Shown here piece after piece: positions 28,928 through 37,779 of a DNA stretch of 64,000 nucleotides. Source of the DNA: Flavobacteriales bacterium (GTDB taxonomy: Bacteria; Bacteroidota; Bacteroidia; Palsa-965); NCBI GenBank assembly GCA_040377305.1, contig JBEIPA010000006.1:166770-230769 (forward strand). The letters are read 5' to 3'. Below the pieces are notes generated by a model. That model made no database searches. It was not told the origin of the DNA and was given only the letters and a program-made list of their open reading frames with translations. The translations under genes and the position numbers were made by a program. The stretch's first letter is position 1, and each line of letters opens with the position of its first letter.

Positions 28928-29926
28928 TTAGTTGCAGCCCGTTCCGTCGAGAATGATTACGCTTCCGTTGTCCTGAGAAGTAATTCCAGGGAAAGTCACT
29001 TTAATTGCTTCAATGATATTTCCAACGGGTTCATTGTTGAACACTTTCGTGCTGGAGAATCGGCAGGTCTTCAATTCTTCGTTTTGCAAAATGATGTTAC
29101 ATCCGTAAGCCGTATTCAATTGCTGTACCATCGCTGCCAACGGTGTGTCGTTGAATCGGAAAATGCGATTGCGATATGCAGAACGATTCGGATCATCTTC
29201 AATGCCGACTCTCATCTTTCCTCCTCCATTATCATACACCGCATATTGCCCGGGAGTGATAATCACCGTGTCTCCATGAGCAACGCATTGCACTTTTCCT
29301 GTTTCCACCGAAACGTGAACGCTGTCATTATCATACGCGCGCACATTGAATGAAGTGCCGAGTACTTTGACTTCCATCCTATCTGTATGAACGATAAACG
29401 GATGCTCTGCATCGTGACTTACGTTGAAGAATGCTTCTCCTTTGAGTGAAACTTCACGTATGTCGCCAGTGAACGCAGAAGGATAATCGATTTGAGAATT
29501 TCTGTTCAGGCTGATCGTACTTCCGTCGGGAAGCGTGTCGATCACAACTTCCGTTTGACTTGCGACAACCAGATTCTGAATGTCTGTCGTTGATTCTTTC
29601 ATCAGCACGAAAACAATTGCAACTCCAATAATCAGCAACACACTTGCGGCTGCGGCCCACGTATAATTGCGTTTCGCGGGTTGCACACTTGTTTGCTGAA
29701 TTTTTGAATGGAGTTTATTCCATGCCGCATTCGTATCGAAACGTGTATCGCTCAGCAAAGCCGCTGAAGTGTCCCACGCTTTCTTCGAATGTTCGAAATA
29801 CTTCCGGTTCTCGTCAGATTGGGCAGCCCATGATTCAACTTGTGCACGCTCTACTGCATCTGCTTCACCAGCGAAGTATGACGCGAGCAGAATATCTATT
29901 GCCGTATGATCGAATTCGTTTCTCAT
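28928..29926 (-). CDS. fecR: FecR-family anti-sigma factor
   Basis: TM helix, then TLPDGSTISLNRNS, REVSLKGEAFFNV..HPFIV, VLGTSFNV and a C-terminal DUF4974-like domain. Confidence 0.93.
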   Translation of the reverse strand: MRNEFDHTAIDILLASYFAGEADAVERAQVESWAAQSDENRKYFEHSKKAWDTSAALLSDTRFDTNAAWNKLHSKIQQTSVQPAKRNYTWAAAASVLLIIGVAIVFVLMKESTTDIQNLVVASQTEVVIDTLPDGSTISLNRNSQIDYPSAFTGDIREVSLKGEAFFNVSHDAEHPFIVHTDRMEVKVLGTSFNVRAYDNDSVHVSVETGKVQCVAHGDTVIITPGQYAVYDNGGGKMRVGIEDDPNRSAYRNRIFRFNDTPLAAMVQQLNTAYGCNIILQNEELKTCRFSSTKVFNNEPVGNIIEAIKVTFPGITSQDNGSVIILDGTGCN

Positions 29927-30522
29927 AGGACAGGAATTATTTGGAATAATTGATACAGGAAAAACGGGAACAACACGGGTAAATAGTCAGAAAGCTGTTC
30001 GCGCATAATACGCAATGCTTTCCCCATCTGATTCTCCACGGTCTTAACAGAAATGCCAAGAGTGTCTGCAATCTCCCGGTACTTCATTTCACCGAAGCGA
30101 CTCATCTCAAAAACCTTTCTGCACTCCGAAGGAAGCTTATTCAATCCGTTTTCTATCGCGACCTTCAGTTCCTTTCTTTGTACGTTTTCATCTGCGCTTA
30201 CGTTCGGATGAACTATTTTCAGTGTTACATCGTCCATGCGGACTTCCTTTTTCTTTTTGTCGATCAGGTTCAGACTTGCGTTGTGCACGGCCCGATACAA
30301 GTAAGATTTTATCGAAACTGAAAACTCAATCGTGCCTTTCCTTTCCCAAATCTTCAGAAAAACATTCTGAACAATTTCCTCCGCGTTATCCGCATCCTTC
30401 ACAATCGTGAATGCATAACGGCAAAGTGCAGAATGATGCTGACGGAAAATCCGCTCAAACTCATGCTCATCACGTATGCGTATGAGGGGTATTGGTTCAG
30501 CTTGTCCGGAAATCTCAGCCAC
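29923..30522 (-). CDS. ECF RNA polymerase sigma-70 factor (FecI-like)
   Basis: AEEIVQNVFLKIWE (region 2), YREIADTLGISVKTVENQMGKAL (region 4), hydrophobic C-terminal tail; GTG start inferred downstream of a TACCTTTG box at 30545-30552. Confidence 0.92.
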   Translation of the reverse strand: MAEISGQAEPIPLIRIRDEHEFERIFRQHHSALCRYAFTIVKDADNAEEIVQNVFLKIWERKGTIEFSVSIKSYLYRAVHNASLNLIDKKKKEVRMDDVTLKIVHPNVSADENVQRKELKVAIENGLNKLPSECRKVFEMSRFGEMKYREIADTLGISVKTVENQMGKALRIMREQLSDYLPVLFPFFLYQLFQIIPVL

Positions 30523-30601
30523 TTTTTGGAGATGATAATCCGCACAAAGGTACGTTGCTGCACGATGTTGAATCAGACTCGATTGCACACTTCTTTTTCT
30601 T

Positions 30602-30632
30602 TAAGACCATACAGACAGGCTTTACCCCTACG
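30602..30632 (-). promoter_or_regulatory. Putative autoregulatory ECF promoter CGTAGGGGTAA-N13-GGTCTTA
   Basis: Duplicate of the motif at 27068-27098, upstream of the sigma gene. Confidence 0.6.
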
Positions 30633-30690
30633 TAGGTTAAAAGAAAACTGAAATCAATCAAATGGGTTGATTTTGAGCGCTTAACCCGTT

Positions 30691-31614
30691 CTAATGGCAA
30701 CGGCACCTCAGGACAAACTTTGTCCCACCCTCGTTTACAATCTCAAGCTGTGCATCAATCTGCTCGGAGAGAACAGTAACGAGTTGTAAGCCAAGTGAGT
30801 TTGTGTTCTCTAAATCGAACTGCATAGGCAGACCGATTCCGTTGTCGGAAACGATCAGTTGATTTATTTCTGTTCCGCGAATAAACTGTACAGAAATTTC
30901 TCCTTGACGTTCACCCGGAAACGCGTGCTTGAATCCGTTCATAACGAGCTCGTTCAGAATGAGCGCGCATGGAATTGCTGCATCGAGTTTGAGTTGTACG
31001 GGTGCCTGATCTACATCAATGTTCAAACGGATCCGTGACGGATCAGGATTGCAACTGAGATTTAAACCGTGTGCGAGCGAAGAAACGTAATCGCCGAAAT
31101 CAATTCCGGAAAGATCTTTCGATTCGTACAGCTTTTCGTGTACCATCGCCATTGCACGAATACGTTCGTGACTCACCGCGTATTGCTGACGCGTACGTTC
31201 GTCTTCAATCTGGCCCGACTGCAAATTCAGCAAGCTGGAAATGATCTGCAGATTATTCTTAACCCGATGGTGAATTTCACGAAGCAGAACTTCCTTTTCC
31301 TTGAGGGAAATTGTTGACTGCTTCAGTTCTTCGCCGAGCATATTCACTCCCCCGGCAAGCGCATCGATATGATCAGATGATTCTGAAAAACCTGCACGTT
31401 TCGTATAATCAAGTGAAGCCAGAGACATTACAACATCGAGAATTTCATTAACGCGACGTGCATTGTCTTTCTTTTCAAACTCCGACCGCTGAAAACGTTC
31501 TTCCACTACAGCGAGTGCGCGAACTGCTGTGTCTTCAATGTCCTCTCCATCCAGTTGCTTTACACCGGAGATGCGTATCAAGGCAGAAGTAACATCCAGA
31601 GCGAGCTTAGTCAT
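30691..31614 (-). CDS. Cytoplasmic sensor histidine kinase (HisKA_2 type)
   Basis: [45 protein letters not shown]; no TM segment. Confidence 0.92.
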   Translation of the reverse strand: MTKLALDVTSALIRISGVKQLDGEDIEDTAVRALAVVEERFQRSEFEKKDNARRVNEILDVVMSLASLDYTKRAGFSESSDHIDALAGGVNMLGEELKQSTISLKEKEVLLREIHHRVKNNLQIISSLLNLQSGQIEDERTRQQYAVSHERIRAMAMVHEKLYESKDLSGIDFGDYVSSLAHGLNLSCNPDPSRIRLNIDVDQAPVQLKLDAAIPCALILNELVMNGFKHAFPGERQGEISVQFIRGTEINQLIVSDNGIGLPMQFDLENTNSLGLQLVTVLSEQIDAQLEIVNEGGTKFVLRCRCH

Positions 31615-31996
31615 GCTCCTCGTGTTTCCCGTTTAAGATCCAACGTTCGGCCTGATCACGATCGGTAAACATTCGGGTCGGAACAACAGGCTGATTCAAT
31701 CCAAGAAAAAAGTTTCCGATGATTCTACTAAGCGGAGATGACACCAGCATAGCAATCGCAACAACTCCGGGCTTACGTCCGCGCATAGCGAAATGATCGC
31801 GCGCCTCTTTTGAGATTGAACGGATCTTTCGGATGTCAACAAGAATCGGGTAAACCACATCACCGGAAATCTCACGAACTTTTGCTGTGTTCTCTTTTGC
31901 GTGATCCAGATTGATTTCAGCTAACGGAGCTACCCGTGAAATAATAAATCCACGTGGGTCGAGAGAAGTTTCGAAAATGGAATCGGCGGTCGTCAT
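31607..31996 (-). CDS. Small STAS/SpoIIAA-like protein
   Basis: [52 protein letters not shown]; overlaps the kinase start by 8 nt. Confidence 0.65.
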   Translation of the reverse strand: MTTADSIFETSLDPRGFIISRVAPLAEINLDHAKENTAKVREISGDVVYPILVDIRKIRSISKEARDHFAMRGRKPGVVAIAMLVSSPLSRIIGNFFLGLNQPVVPTRMFTDRDQAERWILNGKHEEHD

Positions 31997-32064
31997 TGTT
32001 TATGCAATCCGAAAATAAGAAAATTATCGCTGTGCCTGATTCGCAATTTCGAGCCTATTATGGC

Positions 32065-32382
32065 TCATACTTTTCGGGGCGGGCGAGCTAATTTTGTCGG
32101 ACGTTGTGCTGTATGAAAAACGCGTGCAATGGTAACCCGTTCGCCTACCAAACGGTACACTATTTTGTAACTCCACACCACAATGTACCTGTACTCAAAT
32201 TTTCTGTGCGCAAGGAGAGGCTCTCTAGGACCGGATTTGGGGTGTGATTCCAGAACATCAACGGATTCAAGAATCTGATTTAGAACCAAGCGTGCGTAAA
32301 ACGAACCTTGTTCATTCTGGATATAAAGAACAGCACGTTGTAACTGTTCTTCCGCAAGTTTAGACCAAATTACTTCAGCCAT
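32065..32382 (-). CDS. Type II toxin, RelE/ParE family
   Basis: VIWSKLAEEQL..YI, LESHPKSG, YKIVYR..VTIARVFHTAQRP; 105 aa. Confidence 0.88.
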   Translation of the reverse strand: MAEVIWSKLAEEQLQRAVLYIQNEQGSFYARLVLNQILESVDVLESHPKSGPREPLLAHRKFEYRYIVVWSYKIVYRLVGERVTIARVFHTAQRPTKLARPPRKV

Positions 32383-32561
32383 TTCTTCGCGCGCTTTTTT
32401 ACATCGCGATGAGATGAAAACTGTCCTGCTTTTTCCTGTTCTTCCGATAGGGAAATGTCCGACAACATGGCCAACTGCTGGTAAACCTCCTCAAGCGTGG
32501 TGTTTGATTTTACCCGACTCGCGATTTCCAACAAGGATTTCTTAATGTTCGATCCGCTCAT
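32370..32561 (-). CDS. Probable cognate antitoxin
   Basis: 63 aa, upstream of and overlapping the toxin by 13 nt; ends AGQFSSHRDVKKRAKKW, as in ParD-like antitoxins. Confidence 0.75.
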   Translation of the reverse strand: MSGSNIKKSLLEIASRVKSNTTLEEVYQQLAMLSDISLSEEQEKAGQFSSHRDVKKRAKKWLK

Positions 32562-32609
32562 AGAATTGCTTTATTAAATATACGCAATTTCCCTGCCGCA
32601 ATGGTTCCG

Positions 32610-34034
32610 TTAAAACTCTGCATTCTTCGGCGTCCTTGGGAACGGAATTACATCACGAATATTCGTCATGCCCGTTACGAACAAGAGTAAGCGTTCGAAT
32701 CCTAAACCAAATCCGCTGTGTTCACACGAACCGAATTTGCGTGTTTCCAGATACCACCAAAGCGACTCTTCCGGAATGTGCATTTCCTTGATACGTGCAT
32801 GCAACTTCTCGTAATTGTCTTCACGCTGCGAACCACCAATAATTTCTCCGATCCACGGAAAAAGAATATCCATGGCGCGAACTGTTGTTCCATCATCGTT
32901 CTGTTTCATATAGAACGCTTTGATGTCTTTCGGGTAGCCTGTAACAATTACCGGTCCGTTGAAATGATCAACGAGGTGATTCTCGTGTTCCTTCTGCAAA
33001 TCTTTGCCCCAATCTGGTGCGTACTCAAATGCTTTTTTCGAATGCGCTGCTTTCAGAATTTCAACTCCTTCAGTATAAGTGATGCGTGTGAAGTGATTTG
33101 CTACAACCGAATTCAAACGCTCAATCAGTTTATTGTCGTAAGTATCATTCAGAAACTGCACATCGTCTTTGCAATGATGCAACGCGTAGTTCACCAGATA
33201 CTTCAACATTTCCTCAGCGAGATTCATGTTGTCGTTGATATCGTAGAACGCCATCTCCGGTTCAATCATCCAGAACTCGGCAAGGTGACGTGGCGTGTTT
33301 GAATTCTCCGCTCGGAACGTTGGTCCGAATGTGTACACTTTTCCAAGCGCCATCGCAGCCAATTCTCCTTCGAGCTGACCGGAAACAGTAAGGTTTGTTT
33401 CCTTCCCGAAAAAATCTTCTTCGAAGTTGATTGAACCATCTTCACTCTTCGGAAGATTCTTCAGATCAAGTGTTGTAACGCGGAACATTTCTCCTGCACC
33501 TTCGGCGTCAGATCCGGTGATGATCGGAGAATGCAAATTGTAAAATCCTTTATCGTTGAAGAATTTGTGAATCGCAAACGTCATGTTGTGACGAATGCGA
33601 AAAATTGCTCCGAATGTATTTGTGCGTGGACGTAAATGCGCTTTCTCACGAAGAAATTCGAGTGAAAGTGTAACAGGCTTATTGTCTTTGCTGTCCTGAC
33701 CGCGTTTCTGTAACGGATATTCTGTTGCATCGCAATCGCCATAAATATCAATTGTGTCGGCCTGAATTTCCAGATCCTGTCCTTTGCCTTGTGAACGAAC
33801 TAATTTTCCTGTCACACCGATGCATGCACCCGTTGCTTTCGCACGATTCAAAAGCTGCTCGTCAAATTTCACCACGTCACAAACCGCCTGAATATTTTTG
33901 ATTGTCGATCCATCATTAATATGAATGAAGACAACGTATTTATTTCCGCGTCCGCTTCTAACCCATCCTTTTGCGGTTACGTCACGATCAACTTCCGTAG
34001 CGTGTAAAAGTTCCTTTACTGTTTCGTGTGCCAT
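32610..34034 (-). CDS. asnS: Asparagine--tRNA ligase
   Basis: GWVR OB-fold, [61 protein letters not shown]. Confidence 0.98.
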   Translation of the reverse strand: MAHETVKELLHATEVDRDVTAKGWVRSGRGNKYVVFIHINDGSTIKNIQAVCDVVKFDEQLLNRAKATGACIGVTGKLVRSQGKGQDLEIQADTIDIYGDCDATEYPLQKRGQDSKDNKPVTLSLEFLREKAHLRPRTNTFGAIFRIRHNMTFAIHKFFNDKGFYNLHSPIITGSDAEGAGEMFRVTTLDLKNLPKSEDGSINFEEDFFGKETNLTVSGQLEGELAAMALGKVYTFGPTFRAENSNTPRHLAEFWMIEPEMAFYDINDNMNLAEEMLKYLVNYALHHCKDDVQFLNDTYDNKLIERLNSVVANHFTRITYTEGVEILKAAHSKKAFEYAPDWGKDLQKEHENHLVDHFNGPVIVTGYPKDIKAFYMKQNDDGTTVRAMDILFPWIGEIIGGSQREDNYEKLHARIKEMHIPEESLWWYLETRKFGSCEHSGFGLGFERLLLFVTGMTNIRDVIPFPRTPKNAEF

Positions 34035-34117
34035 TTTATTTTGATTCTAATTGGGTGACAAAAGTACGGTTTCTCCGAAGCAGTCCGCCCGAACCCGATG
34101 GCCATTCCCTCGCGCAC

Positions 34118-34150
34118 AGACCTTAAAGGTTTCTAAAACCTTTAAGGTCT
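34118..34150. repeat. REP-like palindrome (ACCTTAAAGGT family)
   Basis: agaccttaaaggtttctaaaacctttaaggtct; second copy at 53027-53057. Confidence 0.7.
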
Positions 34151-34365
34151 AGCGGAGACCGAAACCGGAAACGGAAACCATGAAACTGGTAAGCAAACCA
34201 GAAACGCTGACACTATCATGACATTTTGGGGTGGAACCGAATTCACTGAATTATCTCATTTCAGGCTAAAATCGCCGATTACGCCCTCCGCTCGTCGGAA
34301 ACTTGTGGAGTTTCATCGGAAAAAACTCCCGAACCGAAAAATGTTTCCATAGTTTTGCCCGCGAA

Positions 34366-34995
34366 ATGAATCACACACAAACAGATACACGGGACCGAAT
34401 TTTGGTGGGAGGATACGAGCTGTTTTCACGCTTCGGTATCAAGAGCGTAACGATGGACGACATCGCGAAGCATCTGTCCATTTCCAAAAAAACCATCTAC
34501 CAGTATTTCCGCGACAAAGACGAAGTAGTACATACGCTTCTCGAAAAACAATTCAACCAGGACATTTGCGACTTCGAAGAGATCGCAAACACAGCGCCCA
34601 ATGTTGTTGAAGAAGTTTTTGGTCACATGAAAAAGCTTCACAAGATGTTCACCAATACAAATCCTAACATGATTTACGATTTGCGGAAGTTTCACCCGCG
34701 GTCGTGGGAGCTTGTAACACGCTTTCGTTCGGAAACTTGCTTAGGCATGGTAGAGCGCGCACTCGAAAAAGGAAAGAAAGACGGATACGTTCGTGCAGAT
34801 GTGAACAGCAAAATTCTTTCTCGCTTACGCGTCGAGGAAATCGAAATGGGGTTCAATCCAATGGTTTTTCCTCCTGACACATACCAACTGCTCGACGTCC
34901 AGATTGCCATGGTGGAGCATTTCCTCTACGGCGTTTGTACGCTCAAAGGACATAAACACATTAATAAGCTTAAAGAAATAAATGAAGAGGAGTAA
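34366..34995 (+). CDS. TetR/AcrR-family transcriptional regulator
   Basis: LFSRFGIKSVTMDDIAKHLSISKKTIYQYFRDK HTH; start after TAGTTTTG at 34350-34357. Confidence 0.93.
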   Translation: MNHTQTDTRDRILVGGYELFSRFGIKSVTMDDIAKHLSISKKTIYQYFRDKDEVVHTLLEKQFNQDICDFEEIANTAPNVVEEVFGHMKKLHKMFTNTNPNMIYDLRKFHPRSWELVTRFRSETCLGMVERALEKGKKDGYVRADVNSKILSRLRVEEIEMGFNPMVFPPDTYQLLDVQIAMVEHFLYGVCTLKGHKHINKLKEINEEE

Positions 34996-35023
34996 AATAT
35001 TTTCTGTTTTCATCCGACTCAAC

Positions 35024-35041
35024 TCCCGATAGGTATCGGGA
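35024..35041. repeat. Short palindrome tcccgataggtatcggga
   Basis: Near-perfect 18-bp inverted repeat between tetR and tolC; could be an operator or a dispersed CCCGATAGCTATCGGG-type repeat. Confidence 0.5.
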
Positions 35042-35079
35042 TAACCCAAATACCAACCGATCAAAGAAAATACACTTGT

Positions 35080-36435
35080 ATGAGTAAAACAGTAAAGACG
35101 TGGATGATAAGTGCGGTTCTGGTTGTTCTAGGCGGATCATTATTCGCACAGCAACAAGACACCAGTTCTTATACTTTCTCGCTGAAACAGTCTGTTGATT
35201 ATGCGCTCGAGCATAGCACATCTGTTAAGTCTGCGCAATACGACCAGATTCAGGCAACTGAAAAAACGAAAGAAATTATGGGCATTGCGCTTCCTCAGGT
35301 AAGCGGAACGTTCCAGATCCAGGATTTCATTGAGATTCCAACCTCATTGATTCCTGCTGAAGTTTTTGGAGGTCCTCCCGGGCAATTTATTCCGGTGCAG
35401 TTTGGTACGCAGTGGAATACTTCCGCTACGTTTTCTGCAAGCCAACTGTTGTTCAACGGAACGTGGCTTTACGGTTTGAAAGGTGCTCAGGTTTATCAAA
35501 GCCTTGCACAGAAAAATGTAACGCGCACGCAAATCGAATCTGCGAGTGAAGTGACCAAAGCTTACTACACTGCGTTGGTCAACCAGGAACGCAAAGTGTT
35601 GCTCACTGCGAATGTTGATCGCGTGAAGAAGATCATGGACGACACGAAAGCACTTTACGAAAATGGCTTTGTGGAAAAACTTGATCTGGACAGAATCACT
35701 GTTACATATAACAACCTTGTAACAGAAGTCAACAACATTCAGCGTTTGCTCGATCTTTCACTCGTACTCCTGAAGTATCAGATGGGAATGGATCAGTCTG
35801 CAACATTGGTATTGAGCGACAAACTTGCTGATGTTAGTTTCGCGCCTGTTGACGCAACAAAAGGCCGTTTCGATTACAGCTCCCGAATTGAGTACCAATT
35901 GATGGAGCAGAATCTTGCAGGTCAGCGTTTGTTCTGGAAAGCAGAACGAATTGGTTACCTGCCCACGATTGCTTTGTTCGCAACAGCATCTGCACAACGT
36001 CAGAGTAATGAGTTTGACATCTTCGGAAGAAATCGTTGGTTCCCGATGGCCATTATTGGTCTACAGGTGAACATGCCAATCTTCGATGGATTGCAACGCC
36101 ACCACCGCATTCAATATGCGAAAGTCGGAATTCTGAAAGCCGAGAATGATCTGATCATGATGCAGCGCACCATTGACATGCAGCAAGCCGTTGCACGAGT
36201 TACGTTGCAGAACACTTCCGCGACACTCAGTGCACAAAAAGGGAATATGGATCTCGCACAGAGTGTGTTCGATGTGGCGCAGAAGAAATACGATCAGGGC
36301 GTTGGATCGAACCTTGAAATCATCAACGCTCAAACGGCGCTGAAAGAAGCGCAGACGAATTATTTCAATGCACTGTACGATGCAGTAATCGCGAAAGTTG
36401 ATTACGATAAAGCAATGGGCGCATTCAAAAACTAA
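35080..36435 (+). CDS. TolC-family outer-membrane efflux protein
   Basis: Signal peptide, SLKQSVDYAL, LPQVS, VNMPIFDG, KYDQGVGSNLEIINAQ. Confidence 0.92.
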   Translation: MSKTVKTWMISAVLVVLGGSLFAQQQDTSSYTFSLKQSVDYALEHSTSVKSAQYDQIQATEKTKEIMGIALPQVSGTFQIQDFIEIPTSLIPAEVFGGPPGQFIPVQFGTQWNTSATFSASQLLFNGTWLYGLKGAQVYQSLAQKNVTRTQIESASEVTKAYYTALVNQERKVLLTANVDRVKKIMDDTKALYENGFVEKLDLDRITVTYNNLVTEVNNIQRLLDLSLVLLKYQMGMDQSATLVLSDKLADVSFAPVDATKGRFDYSSRIEYQLMEQNLAGQRLFWKAERIGYLPTIALFATASAQRQSNEFDIFGRNRWFPMAIIGLQVNMPIFDGLQRHHRIQYAKVGILKAENDLIMMQRTIDMQQAVARVTLQNTSATLSAQKGNMDLAQSVFDVAQKKYDQGVGSNLEIINAQTALKEAQTNYFNALYDAVIAKVDYDKAMGAFKN

Positions 36436-36507
36436 TCTCACCACGATAAAAATAAGTTTATGAAATCGTTCCGATTCACGAATTCGAAATCAAATAATAT
36501 AATACTT

Positions 36508-37641
36508 ATGAGTAGAAATTTAATTACCCTTCTTGCCCTGGCAGTAATCTTCACATCATGCGGTGGAGCTGAGAGTAAAGAAGACAAACTGAAAGCCAAA
36601 AAAGAACAGATGGAAGTGCTCCGGAAAGAGATCGTTGATCTTGAAATGGAAATCGCGAAGTCTGATACAACCAAAGGAACAGAAGGCAAGCCGGTGAAAA
36701 TAATGGCGCTCGCCATTGACACTTTTGAGCATTCAATTGACATTCAAGGTCGTGTTGATGCAAGCGAAAGTGTTTCAGTAGGTCCGCAAATGCCAGGCCT
36801 GGTGAAACGCGTTTATGTGCAAGCCGGCGATAAAGTTTCTGCAGGACAAGTGCTTGCTGAAATTGATGCGGATGCAATGACACAGCAACTGGCTTCGCTG
36901 AAAACGCAACGTGATCTTTCGAAGCAGGTATTTGACCGTCAGAAAAATCTGTGGGATCAGAAAATCGGAACCGAAATTCAGTTCCTGCAAACGAAAGCGC
37001 AGTTTGAAGCAATCGAGAGCCAGGTGAAAGCGGTACAGGAGCAGATTGATATGGCGAAAATCAAAGCTCCAATCGGAGGTGTTGTGGATGCAGTGAACAT
37101 CAAGGCAGGTGAATTGGCTAGCCCGGGTTTTTCGAACATCGTAATTGTAAATACGAACAACCTGCGCGTGAAAGGTGAAGTAGCGGAATCGTATATCTCA
37201 AAAGTAAAAACGGGTAGCGCAGTAAGTGTGTTCCTTCCCGACGCAGGTGTTTCGGGAAAAACGCTCAACACAAAAGTTACGTATGCAGGAAAGATGATCA
37301 ACAACATCAATCGCACGTTCAATGTGGAAGTGGCGCTGGCTTCGAATGAACAAGACGTTGCCCCGAACATGGTTGCAGTTCTGAAAATCAACGATTACAA
37401 AAACGATTCAGCAATTGTAATTCCTCTTTCCATTGTTCAGCAGAACGCTAACGGAACCAACTACGTGTACGTTGCAAAACAGAGCGGAGAAAATCTGGTA
37501 GCGGAGAAGCGCGAAGTGACTTATACGTGGACTTACAACGGAATGGCAGAAGTAACAAGCGGACTTGTGGCTGGCGATCAACTGGTACTGGAAGGTGCAG
37601 CGGATCTGAATCCGGGAGACGTAATTGCTCCCTTGAAATAA
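36508..37641 (+). CDS. RND efflux periplasmic adaptor (lipoprotein)
   Basis: Lipobox FTS-C, GLVKRVYVQAGDKV lipoyl-like motif, IKAPIGGVV, RTFNVEV. Confidence 0.92.
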   Translation: MSRNLITLLALAVIFTSCGGAESKEDKLKAKKEQMEVLRKEIVDLEMEIAKSDTTKGTEGKPVKIMALAIDTFEHSIDIQGRVDASESVSVGPQMPGLVKRVYVQAGDKVSAGQVLAEIDADAMTQQLASLKTQRDLSKQVFDRQKNLWDQKIGTEIQFLQTKAQFEAIESQVKAVQEQIDMAKIKAPIGGVVDAVNIKAGELASPGFSNIVIVNTNNLRVKGEVAESYISKVKTGSAVSVFLPDAGVSGKTLNTKVTYAGKMINNINRTFNVEVALASNEQDVAPNMVAVLKINDYKNDSAIVIPLSIVQQNANGTNYVYVAKQSGENLVAEKREVTYTWTYNGMAEVTSGLVAGDQLVLEGAADLNPGDVIAPLK

Positions 37642-37779
37642 TTTGCTAGTGCCGCAATCTGCTGATGTGTTGTTGCACGGAAGCTGATACCGGCGTAAAA
37701 TATAAATGAAAACATATAGCTATAAGTGAAGCGTGCATGTTTCGCAAACTATCCTTTTAGCAAATTAGCACAGTGATCT

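Noticed and set aside
33655-33712. ~10-aa insertion in AsnS ([16 protein letters not shown]) as repeat-derived
   Set aside because: The DNA matches none of the repeat families seen here; probably ordinary loop variation
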